From: an uncultured Mageeibacillus sp.
GTDB lineage: Bacteria; Bacillota; Clostridia; Saccharofermentanales; DTU023
Length of the DNA stretch: 64,000 bases
Direction of reading: 5' to 3'
NCBI GenBank assembly: GCA_964346175.1
Contig: CAYFTG010000003.1
Coordinates: 1 to 64,000, forward strand
Shown piece after piece: positions 27,508-37,167 of the stretch. Under the pieces are notes generated by a model, which did not search any database, was not told the DNA's origin, and was given only the letters and a program-made list of their open reading frames with translations. Each line of letters begins with the position of its first letter. Positions within the stretch are counted from its first letter, which is position 1. A program made the position numbers and the translations under genes.

Positions 27508-28503
27508 TTAAAGAATAAAGAACCAGATTATTAGGAGCACAGCTAAGCCGATCACAAAACCTAGCAAGAGGCTTTTGAAGAAAACGCCGGCTTTCTCTCT
27601 CCCACTAGCTCGCTGAGTAATCTCACCGTTTGTTACACTGGAATACCTGTCGTACTTATTCATTTCGTCTTCAGCTTCCTTTTCATCATCAATGCTTTCG
27701 CCGTTAAATACTCTTCTCCGCTCAGCCTCGACTGGAGAGGGTCCCTGTGGTAATTCTAATTGTAGGTCGACTGTCTTTACAGCCACAATGGTGCGGTTAG
27801 GTCCGAGGTCTCCGGCTCCGGAGTGAATATGGGCCTGCCGAACGGTGGCCGCAAAAGCATCCTGTTTCGCCAAGTCGTCACGTAGGTCTTTGCTGCGATA
27901 GTTCTTATTGAAACCGCTAGATGAGAGCACGTAAACGTCTCCGGGCTGCAAATCGCTCTTATTCATAGCGTCCGGCACCGGTAAACTATCAACGGTAATA
28001 TTGCCTAGATATTCATCCGGAATTTCACAATCGGCTCTGTCGGTCAGACGGTAAATCTTCCCATTCCGATACAGATTTATGGTTGTACAGCCTACGTTAA
28101 GTGTGTAAGAAGTGTTAGCGTCAATTAAGACTAGTGCAAAGGAACAGCCAACCGGATGACTGAATTTTGAAGAGACCATTTCCTTAATCGACGAATGAGC
28201 TTGGGCCAAGAGATCACGAGTAAAACGCTTAAAATCCAATTCAGGATTTTTATACTCCTCTATCTGGTCCAACAATTGATTAGCTATACGCAGTACCATG
28301 CGCGAAGCAAGGTCACCCGCACCCGGGCCACCGAAGCCTTCTGCAACCATGTACATCTGATGATATTTACCTGAACTCAAACTCTGTTCTTCTTTGCCTC
28401 GAAGCATATCGGGATAGATACGTCCATCGCAAAGAAAAGCGTCTTCATTTATTTTCGACTCTTGACCGGACTCTGTCAGTCCTATCATGATGGTTCTTGC
28501 CAT
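27508..28503 (-). CDS. PP2C-like (PPM-family) protein with a C-terminal TM anchor. Several metal-binding motifs are degenerate.
   Basis: An NED motif near the N-terminus and AEGFGGPGAGDLAS (compare DGMGGHxxG). The later Asp motifs are replaced: VLSSSGF instead of xSDGL, and GPNRT instead of DNxT. There is an acidic linker and a C-terminal hydrophobic helix. Confidence 0.5.
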   Translation of the reverse strand: MARTIMIGLTESGQESKINEDAFLCDGRIYPDMLRGKEEQSLSSGKYHQMYMVAEGFGGPGAGDLASRMVLRIANQLLDQIEEYKNPELDFKRFTRDLLAQAHSSIKEMVSSKFSHPVGCSFALVLIDANTSYTLNVGCTTINLYRNGKIYRLTDRADCEIPDEYLGNITVDSLPVPDAMNKSDLQPGDVYVLSSSGFNKNYRSKDLRDDLAKQDAFAATVRQAHIHSGAGDLGPNRTIVAVKTVDLQLELPQGPSPVEAERRRVFNGESIDDEKEAEDEMNKYDRYSSVTNGEITQRASGREKAGVFFKSLLLGFVIGLAVLLIIWFFIL

Positions 28504-28550
28504 AATAATCCTCCAGAAAAGAGAAATGATTTAATTAATTATGCTGAAGC

Positions 28551-29372
28551 TTAACGTCTACCGTTTTTCACTCTCACATAGACCAGCTTAACGTTTGGAT
28601 TGCCTGTGTCACGCATCTGAACTTCAAACTTATCAATTGATTTTACTAGATTTGTCAGCTTATCAAAACCATAATTTCGAGAGTCGAATGAAGGTTGCTT
28701 TTTGTTGATCATATTGCCGACTTCAGCTAAAAAGGCCCAGCCATTGTCATCTTCCACGTCTTTGATGGAAGATGAGATCAGATTGATCAGCTTGCGATCG
28801 ATTTTGTTAATAGCAGCTTTGCCCTTCGGAACACGTTGGCGGTAACGGGAGGTATCCTGTGTCAATGCAGCCTTTCTAGGCTCGCTTTCTTTAGCCTCGG
28901 CTGCCGCATCGTCTTGATTCCTTTGTAGAACTTCGAGGAAGATAAAGCGATCACAAGCGGCGATAAAGGGATTAGGTGTCTTCATTTCGCCCATTCCATA
29001 GACGATCTTGCCGGCTTCGCGCAACCTTGTTGCTAAACGGGTAAAGTCACTATCACTGGAAACGAGGCAGAAGCCGTCAACAGTTCCTGCATACAAAATG
29101 TCCATAGCGTCAATAATCAAGGCTGAATCGGTCGAGTTCTTGCCACTGGTATAACTAAATTGCTGAATAGGGCTGATAGCGTGATCTAAGAGATGAGATT
29201 TCCATTGGGTGAGGGAGGGTCTGGTCCAGTCACCGTAGATTCTTTTGATGGTGGGTGTACCGTAACGGGCAATTTCCTCCATCATAGATTGCACGTTGTG
29301 AGGAGGTACATTATCCGCGTCTATTAAGACGGCTAACCTCACATCATTCGTTGCGTTGTTTGTTGTTGTCAT
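28551..29372 (-). CDS. NYN-domain (PIN-like) nuclease with a C-terminal OST-HTH/LOTUS domain.
   Basis: Acidic catalytic motifs LIDADN, IIDAMD and SSDSDF. The C-terminal LOTUS-like segment is LINLISSSIKD...GWAFLAEVGNMI...FDSRNYGFDKLTNLV. Confidence 0.72.
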   Translation of the reverse strand: MTTTNNATNDVRLAVLIDADNVPPHNVQSMMEEIARYGTPTIKRIYGDWTRPSLTQWKSHLLDHAISPIQQFSYTSGKNSTDSALIIDAMDILYAGTVDGFCLVSSDSDFTRLATRLREAGKIVYGMGEMKTPNPFIAACDRFIFLEVLQRNQDDAAAEAKESEPRKAALTQDTSRYRQRVPKGKAAINKIDRKLINLISSSIKDVEDDNGWAFLAEVGNMINKKQPSFDSRNYGFDKLTNLVKSIDKFEVQMRDTGNPNVKLVYVRVKNGRR

Positions 29373-29586
29373 ATATATAAGATCCTTTCAGAAAAAACAA
29401 GAAACAGATGTTTTTACTTTTTCACATGTACAAGTTTAGCATATCGGCCCGACATCATGCAGAAATCCACACAGCAGTTACATTAGACATTGCGCTCCCG
29501 TCGCTTCTGTCTGCTCTGCACCCTCTATGGTATTATGTGGATCATAAGAAAAAGGCAGTTTTAGCAAATTACAACGGAGGAAATTC

Positions 29587-30513
29587 ATGCAGGAAAAGCC
29601 GCATTTATTGATTATGGCAGCCGGGATGGCATCTCGCTACGGTGGGGTCAAGCAACTGGAAAGTGTTGGGCCATCCGGTGAAATTATCATGGACTATTCG
29701 ATCCACGCTGCAGTCCAAGCAGGTTATGAAGACGTGATCATCGTAATTAAAAAGGATATGGAAGAAGATTTTGAAGAGATCATCGGCAAGCGACTGAGGC
29801 CATACATTAATTTGCGCTACGCTTATCAAGAACTGGAAGATCTTCCGGAAGGATATTCCGTTCCGGCCGAGCGCGTCAAACCTTGGGGCACAGGTCATGC
29901 TGTTCTTGCTGCGAGAGAACTGGTGGATGCTCCTTTAACTGTAATCAATGCGGACGACTATTATGGCAAAGATGCTTTTAAGCAGATGTATGATTTTTTG
30001 AGTAAAGAACCGTCTGAAGGCGAGCGAGCCAGGCATGCATTGTGCACCTGGATTTTGAGAAATACCTTGTCGCCGCACGGCACTGTTTCACGCGGTGTCT
30101 GTGAGCTGGATGAACAGGGCCGTCTGCTCAATATCCGTGAATTGAAAAAAATTGCAATGGCTGACAATGACGCTGTTTACACTCTGGATGACGGCAAGAC
30201 TTGGCATCCTCTATCCGGTGATGTGCCTGTATCGATGAACTTTTTTGGCTTCTCACGTTCTTTCATGCAGCTTCTTGCCGACAGGTTCACAGATTTTCTT
30301 GACGAAACTATAGAGTCAGGTTCTCTTGTCTCCGAATATCTGCTACCGGAAATTTTGGGACAAGAGCTGAAAGAAGATAAGTGTGAGATTCATACTTCGA
30401 TGAGCTCTGAGCGTTGGTTCGGTGTAACTTATCAGGAAGATAAACCTTTTGTAGAGGCATCTCTTCAAAATTTAGTGAATACAGGTGCATTCCCGACACC
30501 TCTGTGGAAATAA
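29587..30513 (+). CDS. Sugar-phosphate nucleotidyltransferase-like protein (NTP_transferase/GT-A fold).
   Basis: The N-terminal LIMAAGMASRYGG motif is of the G-x-G-t-R type. About 308 aa. The specific substrate is not inferable. Confidence 0.5.
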   Translation: MQEKPHLLIMAAGMASRYGGVKQLESVGPSGEIIMDYSIHAAVQAGYEDVIIVIKKDMEEDFEEIIGKRLRPYINLRYAYQELEDLPEGYSVPAERVKPWGTGHAVLAARELVDAPLTVINADDYYGKDAFKQMYDFLSKEPSEGERARHALCTWILRNTLSPHGTVSRGVCELDEQGRLLNIRELKKIAMADNDAVYTLDDGKTWHPLSGDVPVSMNFFGFSRSFMQLLADRFTDFLDETIESGSLVSEYLLPEILGQELKEDKCEIHTSMSSERWFGVTYQEDKPFVEASLQNLVNTGAFPTPLWK

Positions 30514-30545
30514 ATATAATAATTTTTTAAAGGTAATATTGGATT

Positions 30546-32276
30546 ATGAATTCAGACATAAAGATAATTGACTTATTAGCCCAACATATTGATTTGACTA
30601 AGGAAGAGATTTCGGAAGCGTTGGAAATCCCGCCTCGAGCAGAGTTGGGCGACTTCGCTTTTCCTTGTTTCCGTTTAGCCAAAACAATGCGTCAGGCACC
30701 TCAGAAGATCGCAGTTGAGCTGAAGGAGAAGCTAGAGACAGCCGACACGACTGATTTTATTGAGCGGATTGAAGTGGCAGGAGCCTATCTTAACTTTTTC
30801 ATCAAGAGATCTTATAGAGCAGTACATGTGATCCGCCGTTCTTTGGCAGCGGGGGAGACTCCCGGCGCGACGGATAAGCTTGCAGGTCAAAAGATTATTG
30901 TCGAGTATTCTTCCCCCAATATTGCCAAACCTTTCCATGTCGGTCATGCTTTTACCACTTTCTTAGGTGAAGCCATCGCCAATTTATATGAATATCAGGG
31001 AGCTGAGGTCTTCCGTTTCAATCATTTGGGTGATTATGGCACTCAGTTCGGCAAGTTGATCGTGGCATGGAAACTATGGGGTGATGAAGAGGCGTTAGCT
31101 ACGAATGCCATCACCGAACTTACTCGTGTTTATGTAAAGTTTCATCAGGAAGTTGAGACCAGACCTGAACTGGATGATGAGGCCAGGGAGGCTTTCAGAC
31201 GTTTGGAGAATAGGGAAGAGGAAGAGCTCAATCTGTGGCAACAATTCCGCGATGTCAGCTTAGAAGAGTTTGACAAGATTTACAGCAGGCTGAAGATTGA
31301 CTTTGACAACACCAACGGCGAAAGCTTTTATACGAATATAATTCCTGAAGTTATTGATCGTCTCCGGGAAAAGGATTTACTAATCGAAAGTGAAGGAGCT
31401 CAAGTTGTTGATCTGGAAGAATATGATTTGAAGCCGTGCCTTATCCTCAAATCAGACGGCTCTACCATCTATGCTTCACGCGACTTGGCCGCAATACTGT
31501 ATAGGGCCAAAGAATACGACTACGACCTTAACATTTATGTGGTCGGCCTACCGCAGAAAAACCACTTTGAGCAAGTCTTCGCCGTAGCGAGGAAGGCGGA
31601 TTTCCCAAAAGCAGAGAACAATGTTCACGTTGCTTTTGGAACCGTAAAAATGGCAGATGGAGGATTTTCTACCAGAAGCGGAAACGTTATCCTCTTGGAA
31701 GATTTGCTCGAAACAAGTGTGGTAAAAACCTCTGCAATTATTCGCAGCAACAATGAGGATATGCCGGAGGCAGAGCTGAGAGATAGCGCAGAAAAGATCG
31801 GGCTAGGAGCTGTGCGCTATGCCTTTTTGCGCGCCGGCCGAGAACGGGACATCATCTTTTCTTGGGAAGAAATGCTGGATTTCGAAGGGGACACAGCGCC
31901 TTATCTGCAATATACGGTTGCTCGCTGTAAAGCTCTCGTCCGCAAAGCAGGACTTGCTACCATGGCAGAAGTGGAATCTGTGAGCGATTCTGCGCTGAAA
32001 CTTTTACTAGAGGATGAAGAGCAAGAGGTGTTGAAGAATATTGAGCTTTTCCCCTTGTCTATAGAACGCGCCGGCAAGGCCTATGAGCCTTCGATTATGA
32101 TGCGGCAGATCCTTACGCTGGCTCGGGCTTTTAATAAGTTTTATCATAATCAGCCGATATTGCGCTGCGAGAATCGTGATCTCCTTCTGGCACGTCTGGC
32201 GCTAACAGAGGCGGTTGAGCGCACGTTGAGTGCCGGGCTTAAGCTGGCCGGAATTGAAACTGTTGAACGGATGTAA
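30546..32276 (+). CDS. argS: Arginyl-tRNA synthetase.
   Basis: SSPNIAKPFHVGH (HIGH) motif and the class I anticodon-binding DALR region. 576 aa. Confidence 0.95.
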   Translation: MNSDIKIIDLLAQHIDLTKEEISEALEIPPRAELGDFAFPCFRLAKTMRQAPQKIAVELKEKLETADTTDFIERIEVAGAYLNFFIKRSYRAVHVIRRSLAAGETPGATDKLAGQKIIVEYSSPNIAKPFHVGHAFTTFLGEAIANLYEYQGAEVFRFNHLGDYGTQFGKLIVAWKLWGDEEALATNAITELTRVYVKFHQEVETRPELDDEAREAFRRLENREEEELNLWQQFRDVSLEEFDKIYSRLKIDFDNTNGESFYTNIIPEVIDRLREKDLLIESEGAQVVDLEEYDLKPCLILKSDGSTIYASRDLAAILYRAKEYDYDLNIYVVGLPQKNHFEQVFAVARKADFPKAENNVHVAFGTVKMADGGFSTRSGNVILLEDLLETSVVKTSAIIRSNNEDMPEAELRDSAEKIGLGAVRYAFLRAGRERDIIFSWEEMLDFEGDTAPYLQYTVARCKALVRKAGLATMAEVESVSDSALKLLLEDEEQEVLKNIELFPLSIERAGKAYEPSIMMRQILTLARAFNKFYHNQPILRCENRDLLLARLALTEAVERTLSAGLKLAGIETVERM

Positions 32277-32278
32277 GT

Positions 32279-34024
32279 ATGTCGGAGCAAGATAAGATTC
32301 AATCTAGCGATAGTAGTGAGGTCAGCTCACGCGAACAGATATCATTTTTTCTGAGTAGAACTAAGTCTAAATTGATGTTTACGCGCAACAAGTCAGCTCA
32401 ATTTGCTACTTTGCAGGAGTTGGACCTTCAGCTGCGTAGTTACGACGGCACACGAAAACGAATGTTAAAAGAGGCTCTTTTGCGCTCGAATTCTGAAGCA
32501 AATAAACCTAGTCTTCAGGAAGTATTTTCAGTATCTTTGCACGTTCAAGTGGAACTATCTGAATTATTTTCTCGCTACAGCGATCCTAAACGGAAGTTAG
32601 AGCTGATTGATCTAGGCGGGGAGGCTTATCAAGCGGAAGCAGAGCGACTGGCGATATGCTATCAGCCGCATCTCCTCAAACTGTTGGAAGAAGAAGATGC
32701 TATTGTCCAAGAGCAGCTGCAGCTTTTTGATAAGTATGATCTCAGTACGCGCGGGTTTGCTACTCCGATGGGAGGGCTCCGCTACGATCTCCAGAATCCG
32801 TCACGCGATCTGCGCCATAGTGCATACGAAAGATACAGAGAAGGGCTGCAAAAGGAGCGGCAGCTTATGCTTGAGCGCTTTACCGATTTGCACAAAATCC
32901 GACGAGAACTAGCAGACAAAGCCGGTTTTAGGACTTTTGAAGAGTATCAGATCAGACGTTTGGGTGTAAGTGACATCCTACATGACGCTATACCCACATA
33001 CCATAAGCAATTGCGACGTCATATGCTGCCACTTGCGGCAGCCATACGTATGCAGCATGAGGAACGTCTGGATATCTCTAATTTGCGACCGTGGGATTAT
33101 TATTTTCTTTCGGCTTATGGTACTCCGGAATTGGATGAGGCTGCTTATCCTTTATCAGAGTGCTATATTTCTTGTTTGGAAGAAATAATTGAGAAGCAGG
33201 TGGAATATTTTGTAGAAATGGACGCTAGCGGTGATTTGTACTTAGAGCCTGCGCCAGGGGCTAATGAGAATGACCAGAGAGAAAGAAGACGAAAACGTGC
33301 TGAGTTTTCTGATTCTAGCGAAACCATGCATTTGTTCATGCCCGATACTCAAAAAACGGTTCTGGCCTTAAAAAATATTCCACAGGAACTGATTGTGGAT
33401 CGGCTCTTCAATATGACAGGAAAAGTTCTGCTGGATCTATCTGAAACTTTGCGCAATCCGCTCTATCTGCCTCGTTTGCCCGCTCACTACGAGCGTGACC
33501 TGGCCAGTTCCTCTTTAGCTCTAATTTCCTATGCTAGCTGGGATAAGTTTTATGGTTCTAAAGCAGATTATGCGCGAGAATGGATCCTGAGCCATTACAC
33601 TATGGAACTGCCCGTCCTCTCGGCATTAGATCAAATGGAACGTGAACTTGCCCGAAGTTCGGAAAGTGATCTGCAAGTTTTCGCTCGACGTTGGCAGCTG
33701 ATTATGAAAGATTATGCTGTTGACGACAATTCCGCTCAGCTTTTTTCCTTCGCTCCGGTAAACGAGGCCTATCTATATTCGCCGGAACTGTGGTCGAAGC
33801 CACTCTCTTCAGTTTATCGAGGTGTGTCGCTGATTCAGACTTTGGCAGCTTTTCCTTTCCGTCGCTACAATCACACATTAGAAGAGAATCTCTTGCGCTT
33901 TCTTAATCTGGAGAATCGCAAAAACCCACTGGCTAGAGCTTTGACGGCCGGCTATCTTTCTCCTTTTACAAACGGCACCTTCCGCAAAGCCTCTTTTCTA
34001 CTAGCAGACAAATTAGGATTGTGA
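32279..34024 (+). CDS. Hypothetical 581-aa protein, possibly an M3/PepF-like fold lacking the HExxH zinc motif.
   Basis: It starts 2 nt after the argS stop. A PWDYYFLSAYGTPEL segment resembles the PepF hxYDLYaPL region. No HExxH is found anywhere. The call is tentative. Confidence 0.3.
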   Translation: MSEQDKIQSSDSSEVSSREQISFFLSRTKSKLMFTRNKSAQFATLQELDLQLRSYDGTRKRMLKEALLRSNSEANKPSLQEVFSVSLHVQVELSELFSRYSDPKRKLELIDLGGEAYQAEAERLAICYQPHLLKLLEEEDAIVQEQLQLFDKYDLSTRGFATPMGGLRYDLQNPSRDLRHSAYERYREGLQKERQLMLERFTDLHKIRRELADKAGFRTFEEYQIRRLGVSDILHDAIPTYHKQLRRHMLPLAAAIRMQHEERLDISNLRPWDYYFLSAYGTPELDEAAYPLSECYISCLEEIIEKQVEYFVEMDASGDLYLEPAPGANENDQRERRRKRAEFSDSSETMHLFMPDTQKTVLALKNIPQELIVDRLFNMTGKVLLDLSETLRNPLYLPRLPAHYERDLASSSLALISYASWDKFYGSKADYAREWILSHYTMELPVLSALDQMERELARSSESDLQVFARRWQLIMKDYAVDDNSAQLFSFAPVNEAYLYSPELWSKPLSSVYRGVSLIQTLAAFPFRRYNHTLEENLLRFLNLENRKNPLARALTAGYLSPFTNGTFRKASFLLADKLGL

Positions 34025-34635
34025 GTATTATGTTGCAATTAGTTTTAGCAAGCGCTAATGAAAGTAAACTTATAGAATTTCGCCGTATTGCAAAGCCGTA
34101 TCCGCTAGAGATTGTCTTGGCCAAGGAAATCGGCTTCGAGCAGGACATAGAGGAGCTGGGCGACAGTTTCGCAGCAAATGCCCTACATAAGGCCCGGGAA
34201 GTGTTCCACTTCAACAATGAGCAATATGTCATTGCAGATGATTCAGGACTTTGTGTGGACGCTCTAGATGGTGCTCCCGGTATCTATTCGGCGCGCTTAG
34301 GTTCTACTGCGGAACGACTGTCGGCTGCTGAAAGAAATGAGTATTTGCTGGAAATTATGAAAGACGTACCTTCAGGAAAAAGGACTGCTCATTTTCATTG
34401 CAGCATTGCACTGATTTCGCCTGAGGCAAAAGAAATGATCTTCGACGGCAAGGTGCATGGTACAATCCGTTTTTCCGTCGCAGGTCAGCATGGTTTCGGT
34501 TACGATCCAATATTTCAGCCTGACAATTTTTCTGTATCAATGGCGGACTTATCGGACAGTGACAAAGATAGGATCAGCCACCGTGGCATAGCTTTGAGGG
34601 CTTGTCTTGACTATCTCTTGAAGCAAGTAATTTAG
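34021..34635 (+). CDS. rdgB: Non-canonical purine NTP pyrophosphatase (RdgB/HAM1).
   Basis: LVLASANESKLIEF, FGYDPIF and SHRGIAL motifs. The start overlaps the upstream stop (ATGA). Confidence 0.85.
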   Translation: MSIMLQLVLASANESKLIEFRRIAKPYPLEIVLAKEIGFEQDIEELGDSFAANALHKAREVFHFNNEQYVIADDSGLCVDALDGAPGIYSARLGSTAERLSAAERNEYLLEIMKDVPSGKRTAHFHCSIALISPEAKEMIFDGKVHGTIRFSVAGQHGFGYDPIFQPDNFSVSMADLSDSDKDRISHRGIALRACLDYLLKQVI

Positions 34636-34650
34636 ATGGAGTGAACGAGG

Positions 34651-35082
34651 ATGGCACAAGAGGATTATTATTTAATACGCTCCGATGTTTTGCCTGAGGT
34701 TTTTCATAAGGTAATTTCAGTTAAGCAATTGGTGGACAGGGAAGATAGTGTATCAATCAATGAAGCATGCAAACGGGTAAAGATCAGTCGTAGTGCCTAT
34801 TACAAATATAGGGATGCTGTCCGCTTGGTGCAAGTTGAAAGCGGTTCCAGCGTTGGCATTATACTAGAATTGGAAAACTTGGATAACATTGCTTTTCGTT
34901 GCGTGAATGCTGTCAGGGAAGCGGGAGGAAAAGTACAGTCGTTTCAGATTAGCGAAACCGATTTAGGCGGAAAACATGCTTTGCTCACAGCTGAGGCTTG
35001 TCGTGATGATGCTTCAGTGGTCGAATTGGAACATAAGCTGAAACAGGTTCGCGGCGTAAAAAGTGTTAAAATACTTCGTTAA
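34651..35082 (+). CDS. ACT-domain protein of the UPF0735 (PheB-like) family.
   Basis: The N-terminus YYLIRSDVLPEVFHKVISVKQLV is typical of UPF0735. A C-terminal ACT fold is present. Confidence 0.6.
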   Translation: MAQEDYYLIRSDVLPEVFHKVISVKQLVDREDSVSINEACKRVKISRSAYYKYRDAVRLVQVESGSSVGIILELENLDNIAFRCVNAVREAGGKVQSFQISETDLGGKHALLTAEACRDDASVVELEHKLKQVRGVKSVKILR

Positions 35083-35167
35083 GCACAAATGCAACCAATT
35101 GTGACAGCTAAGACTTGCTTATGTTAGTCTTGTGCCAGATATACTTATGGAAAAGAAGGAATAATCG

Positions 35168-35977
35168 GTGGGATTTCGCTCTCTTTGGGAAGCACTAAAG
35201 ATAGATAAAGTAAGTGATGTAAGGAAGAACAGAGCCGCACTTCTGCTACTCTTCTTTATTGCTGCCGCCCTTTATATTAGCGAGCCGATACAATCTCCGC
35301 TTCTTGAGTTTTACCGCGGCCTGGAAGGATTCCTTTTAGATGGTCAAGGTTTTCCTGTTCCTAGCACTGCCATGATGATAACTTTAGCCAAACAGTTAAT
35401 TCTGCAGGGAATTGCCCTCTATTTCATCTTGTTTAGCGCTTTGAATTATTTGGAGTATACTCCTGAAACAAGTGAGCAGGCCAAAGTAGGAGTGGGTGGC
35501 GTTTTTGTGAAAATTGAGCTGCCTGAGAGCCTTCGTGCTCACAATACCGCAAAGATAGCTTTGAAATACTATCCGTACTTTCTGCTGCTCGGGGCAGCGC
35601 TGCTCAGTATTCAGATGATCTCGGTGTTTTTCTTAATGATTCCTTTCTACGTAATAGCCACTATGCTCTCTATGACTTTGCTGGAGCAAATTTATGAGGA
35701 ACGAAACATCTTTCAGGCCATGGAAGCTAGCACAGCTTTGACAAAAGGTTTAAAGTTTTATATCTTTGTTCAGTTTTTCGTTCTCAGCAGCATACTATCG
35801 ATCGCCGAGAACCTCCTGCTTAACGCTTTCGCCTCAAATATGTGGGCCGGTAGCTTGATCCGGGCCTTTCTATTTGCTTATTTGACCTTTGCGATCGGCC
35901 GACTGGCGGGGATTGTTTATAAAACAAGCAGGCTTTTGCACCTTTCCCTTGGCGCCTTTAAAGTTGGCAGATTCTGA
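35168..35977 (+). CDS. Integral membrane protein, hypothetical.
   Basis: Multiple hydrophobic helices. No motif identified. Confidence 0.4.
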   Translation: MGFRSLWEALKIDKVSDVRKNRAALLLLFFIAAALYISEPIQSPLLEFYRGLEGFLLDGQGFPVPSTAMMITLAKQLILQGIALYFILFSALNYLEYTPETSEQAKVGVGGVFVKIELPESLRAHNTAKIALKYYPYFLLLGAALLSIQMISVFFLMIPFYVIATMLSMTLLEQIYEERNIFQAMEASTALTKGLKFYIFVQFFVLSSILSIAENLLLNAFASNMWAGSLIRAFLFAYLTFAIGRLAGIVYKTSRLLHLSLGAFKVGRF

Positions 35978-36021
35978 CCTGACGTTATGTACTTTTATTT
36001 GATTTTCAGGGAGGAATTTTA

Positions 36022-37131
36022 ATGATTTATTCAGAACTTAACAGCACAATTGAAGAATATAAGGAAAAATTGACACTTTTGGAACAGTCACTTTGTCTAG
36101 ATGCAGATCAAGCTGAAATTGAACGCTTGAGTGCTCTCACTATGGAAGTGGGTTTCTGGGAAGATCCTAAAGAAGCCTCGCAAATTCAGGAGCGCATTGC
36201 ACATCTGGAACGCAAGCAGAAGCGGTTTATTGCTTTGCAAGGCGAGCTGGATGATATAGAAGTTCTCTGTGAACTTGGTAGCGAGGAGGAAGATCCTGAC
36301 GTAGCTCTGGAGGTGGAGGAAGTCCTTAAGGCTTATGAAAAAGAATACGAAAGACTGCGATTAGAGACCTTGCTTTCCGGCGAACACGATTCCGCTAATG
36401 CTCTAGTTACCTTGCATGCCGGAGCTGGTGGTACGGAAGCGCAGGACTGGACGGAAATGCTGGAGCGAATGTATCTGCGCTGGGCGGAAGATCACGGCTA
36501 TACTACCGAGCTTTTGGATTTGATCCAGGGAGATGAGGCGGGGATTAAAAGTGTTTCTTTCCGGGTCAAAGGGGTCAACGCATATGGCTACTTGTTGTCT
36601 GAGCATGGTGTACATCGCCTTGTTCGGATTTCACCGTTTGATTCATCAGGAAGAAGGCATACGTCTTTTGCTTCCTGTGAGGTCTTGCCTGAGCTCGATG
36701 ACACGATCACGATCGATATAAAACCTGATGATTTGCGCATAGACACTTACCGTGCGTCAGGAGCCGGGGGACAGCACGTCAACAAGACCAGCTCGGCCGT
36801 CCGAATTACGCATTTGCCCACCGGGATCGTGGTTTCTTGCCAAAATGAACGCTCGCAATTGCAGAACCGCGAAACCGCCATGTCAATGCTGAAGTCGAAA
36901 CTATATCGCTTGGCTCAACAACAGCAGCTGGAACGCATTGAGGACCTTAAAGGCGACGTCGCCGCTATAGCGTGGGGCAATCAGATACGTTCTTATATCT
37001 TTTGTCCTTATACGATGGTCAAAGACCATCGTACCGATGTTGAGACGGGAAACGTTGATGCAGTAATGGATGGCGATATCGATCGCTTCATCAATGCATA
37101 TCTAGCACAGCGTGCTCAAAACGGAGATTAG
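36022..37131 (+). CDS. prfB: Peptide chain release factor 2, encoded as a single uninterrupted ORF.
   Basis: SPF tripeptide (RISPFDSSGRRHTSF) and GGQ motif (RASGAGGQHVNKT). The N-terminus is contiguous with no in-frame UGA; the window reads CTT TTG GAA. Confidence 0.9.
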   Translation: MIYSELNSTIEEYKEKLTLLEQSLCLDADQAEIERLSALTMEVGFWEDPKEASQIQERIAHLERKQKRFIALQGELDDIEVLCELGSEEEDPDVALEVEEVLKAYEKEYERLRLETLLSGEHDSANALVTLHAGAGGTEAQDWTEMLERMYLRWAEDHGYTTELLDLIQGDEAGIKSVSFRVKGVNAYGYLLSEHGVHRLVRISPFDSSGRRHTSFASCEVLPELDDTITIDIKPDDLRIDTYRASGAGGQHVNKTSSAVRITHLPTGIVVSCQNERSQLQNRETAMSMLKSKLYRLAQQQQLERIEDLKGDVAAIAWGNQIRSYIFCPYTMVKDHRTDVETGNVDAVMDGDIDRFINAYLAQRAQNGD

Positions 37132-37167
37132 GACTGTGCTTAGGCAGGCGATAGCAGATAGGAAGCG

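Noticed and set aside
29408-29611. 67-aa ORF in the intergenic region upstream of the nucleotidyltransferase gene.
   Set aside because: It has no RBS, low-complexity codon usage, and overlaps the probable promoter and RBS of the downstream gene. It is likely spurious.
35095-35140. Stem-loop AAGACT...AGTCTT after the ACT-domain gene.
   Set aside because: The stem is short and imperfect with a 10-nt loop and no U-tract. Evidence for a terminator is insufficient.
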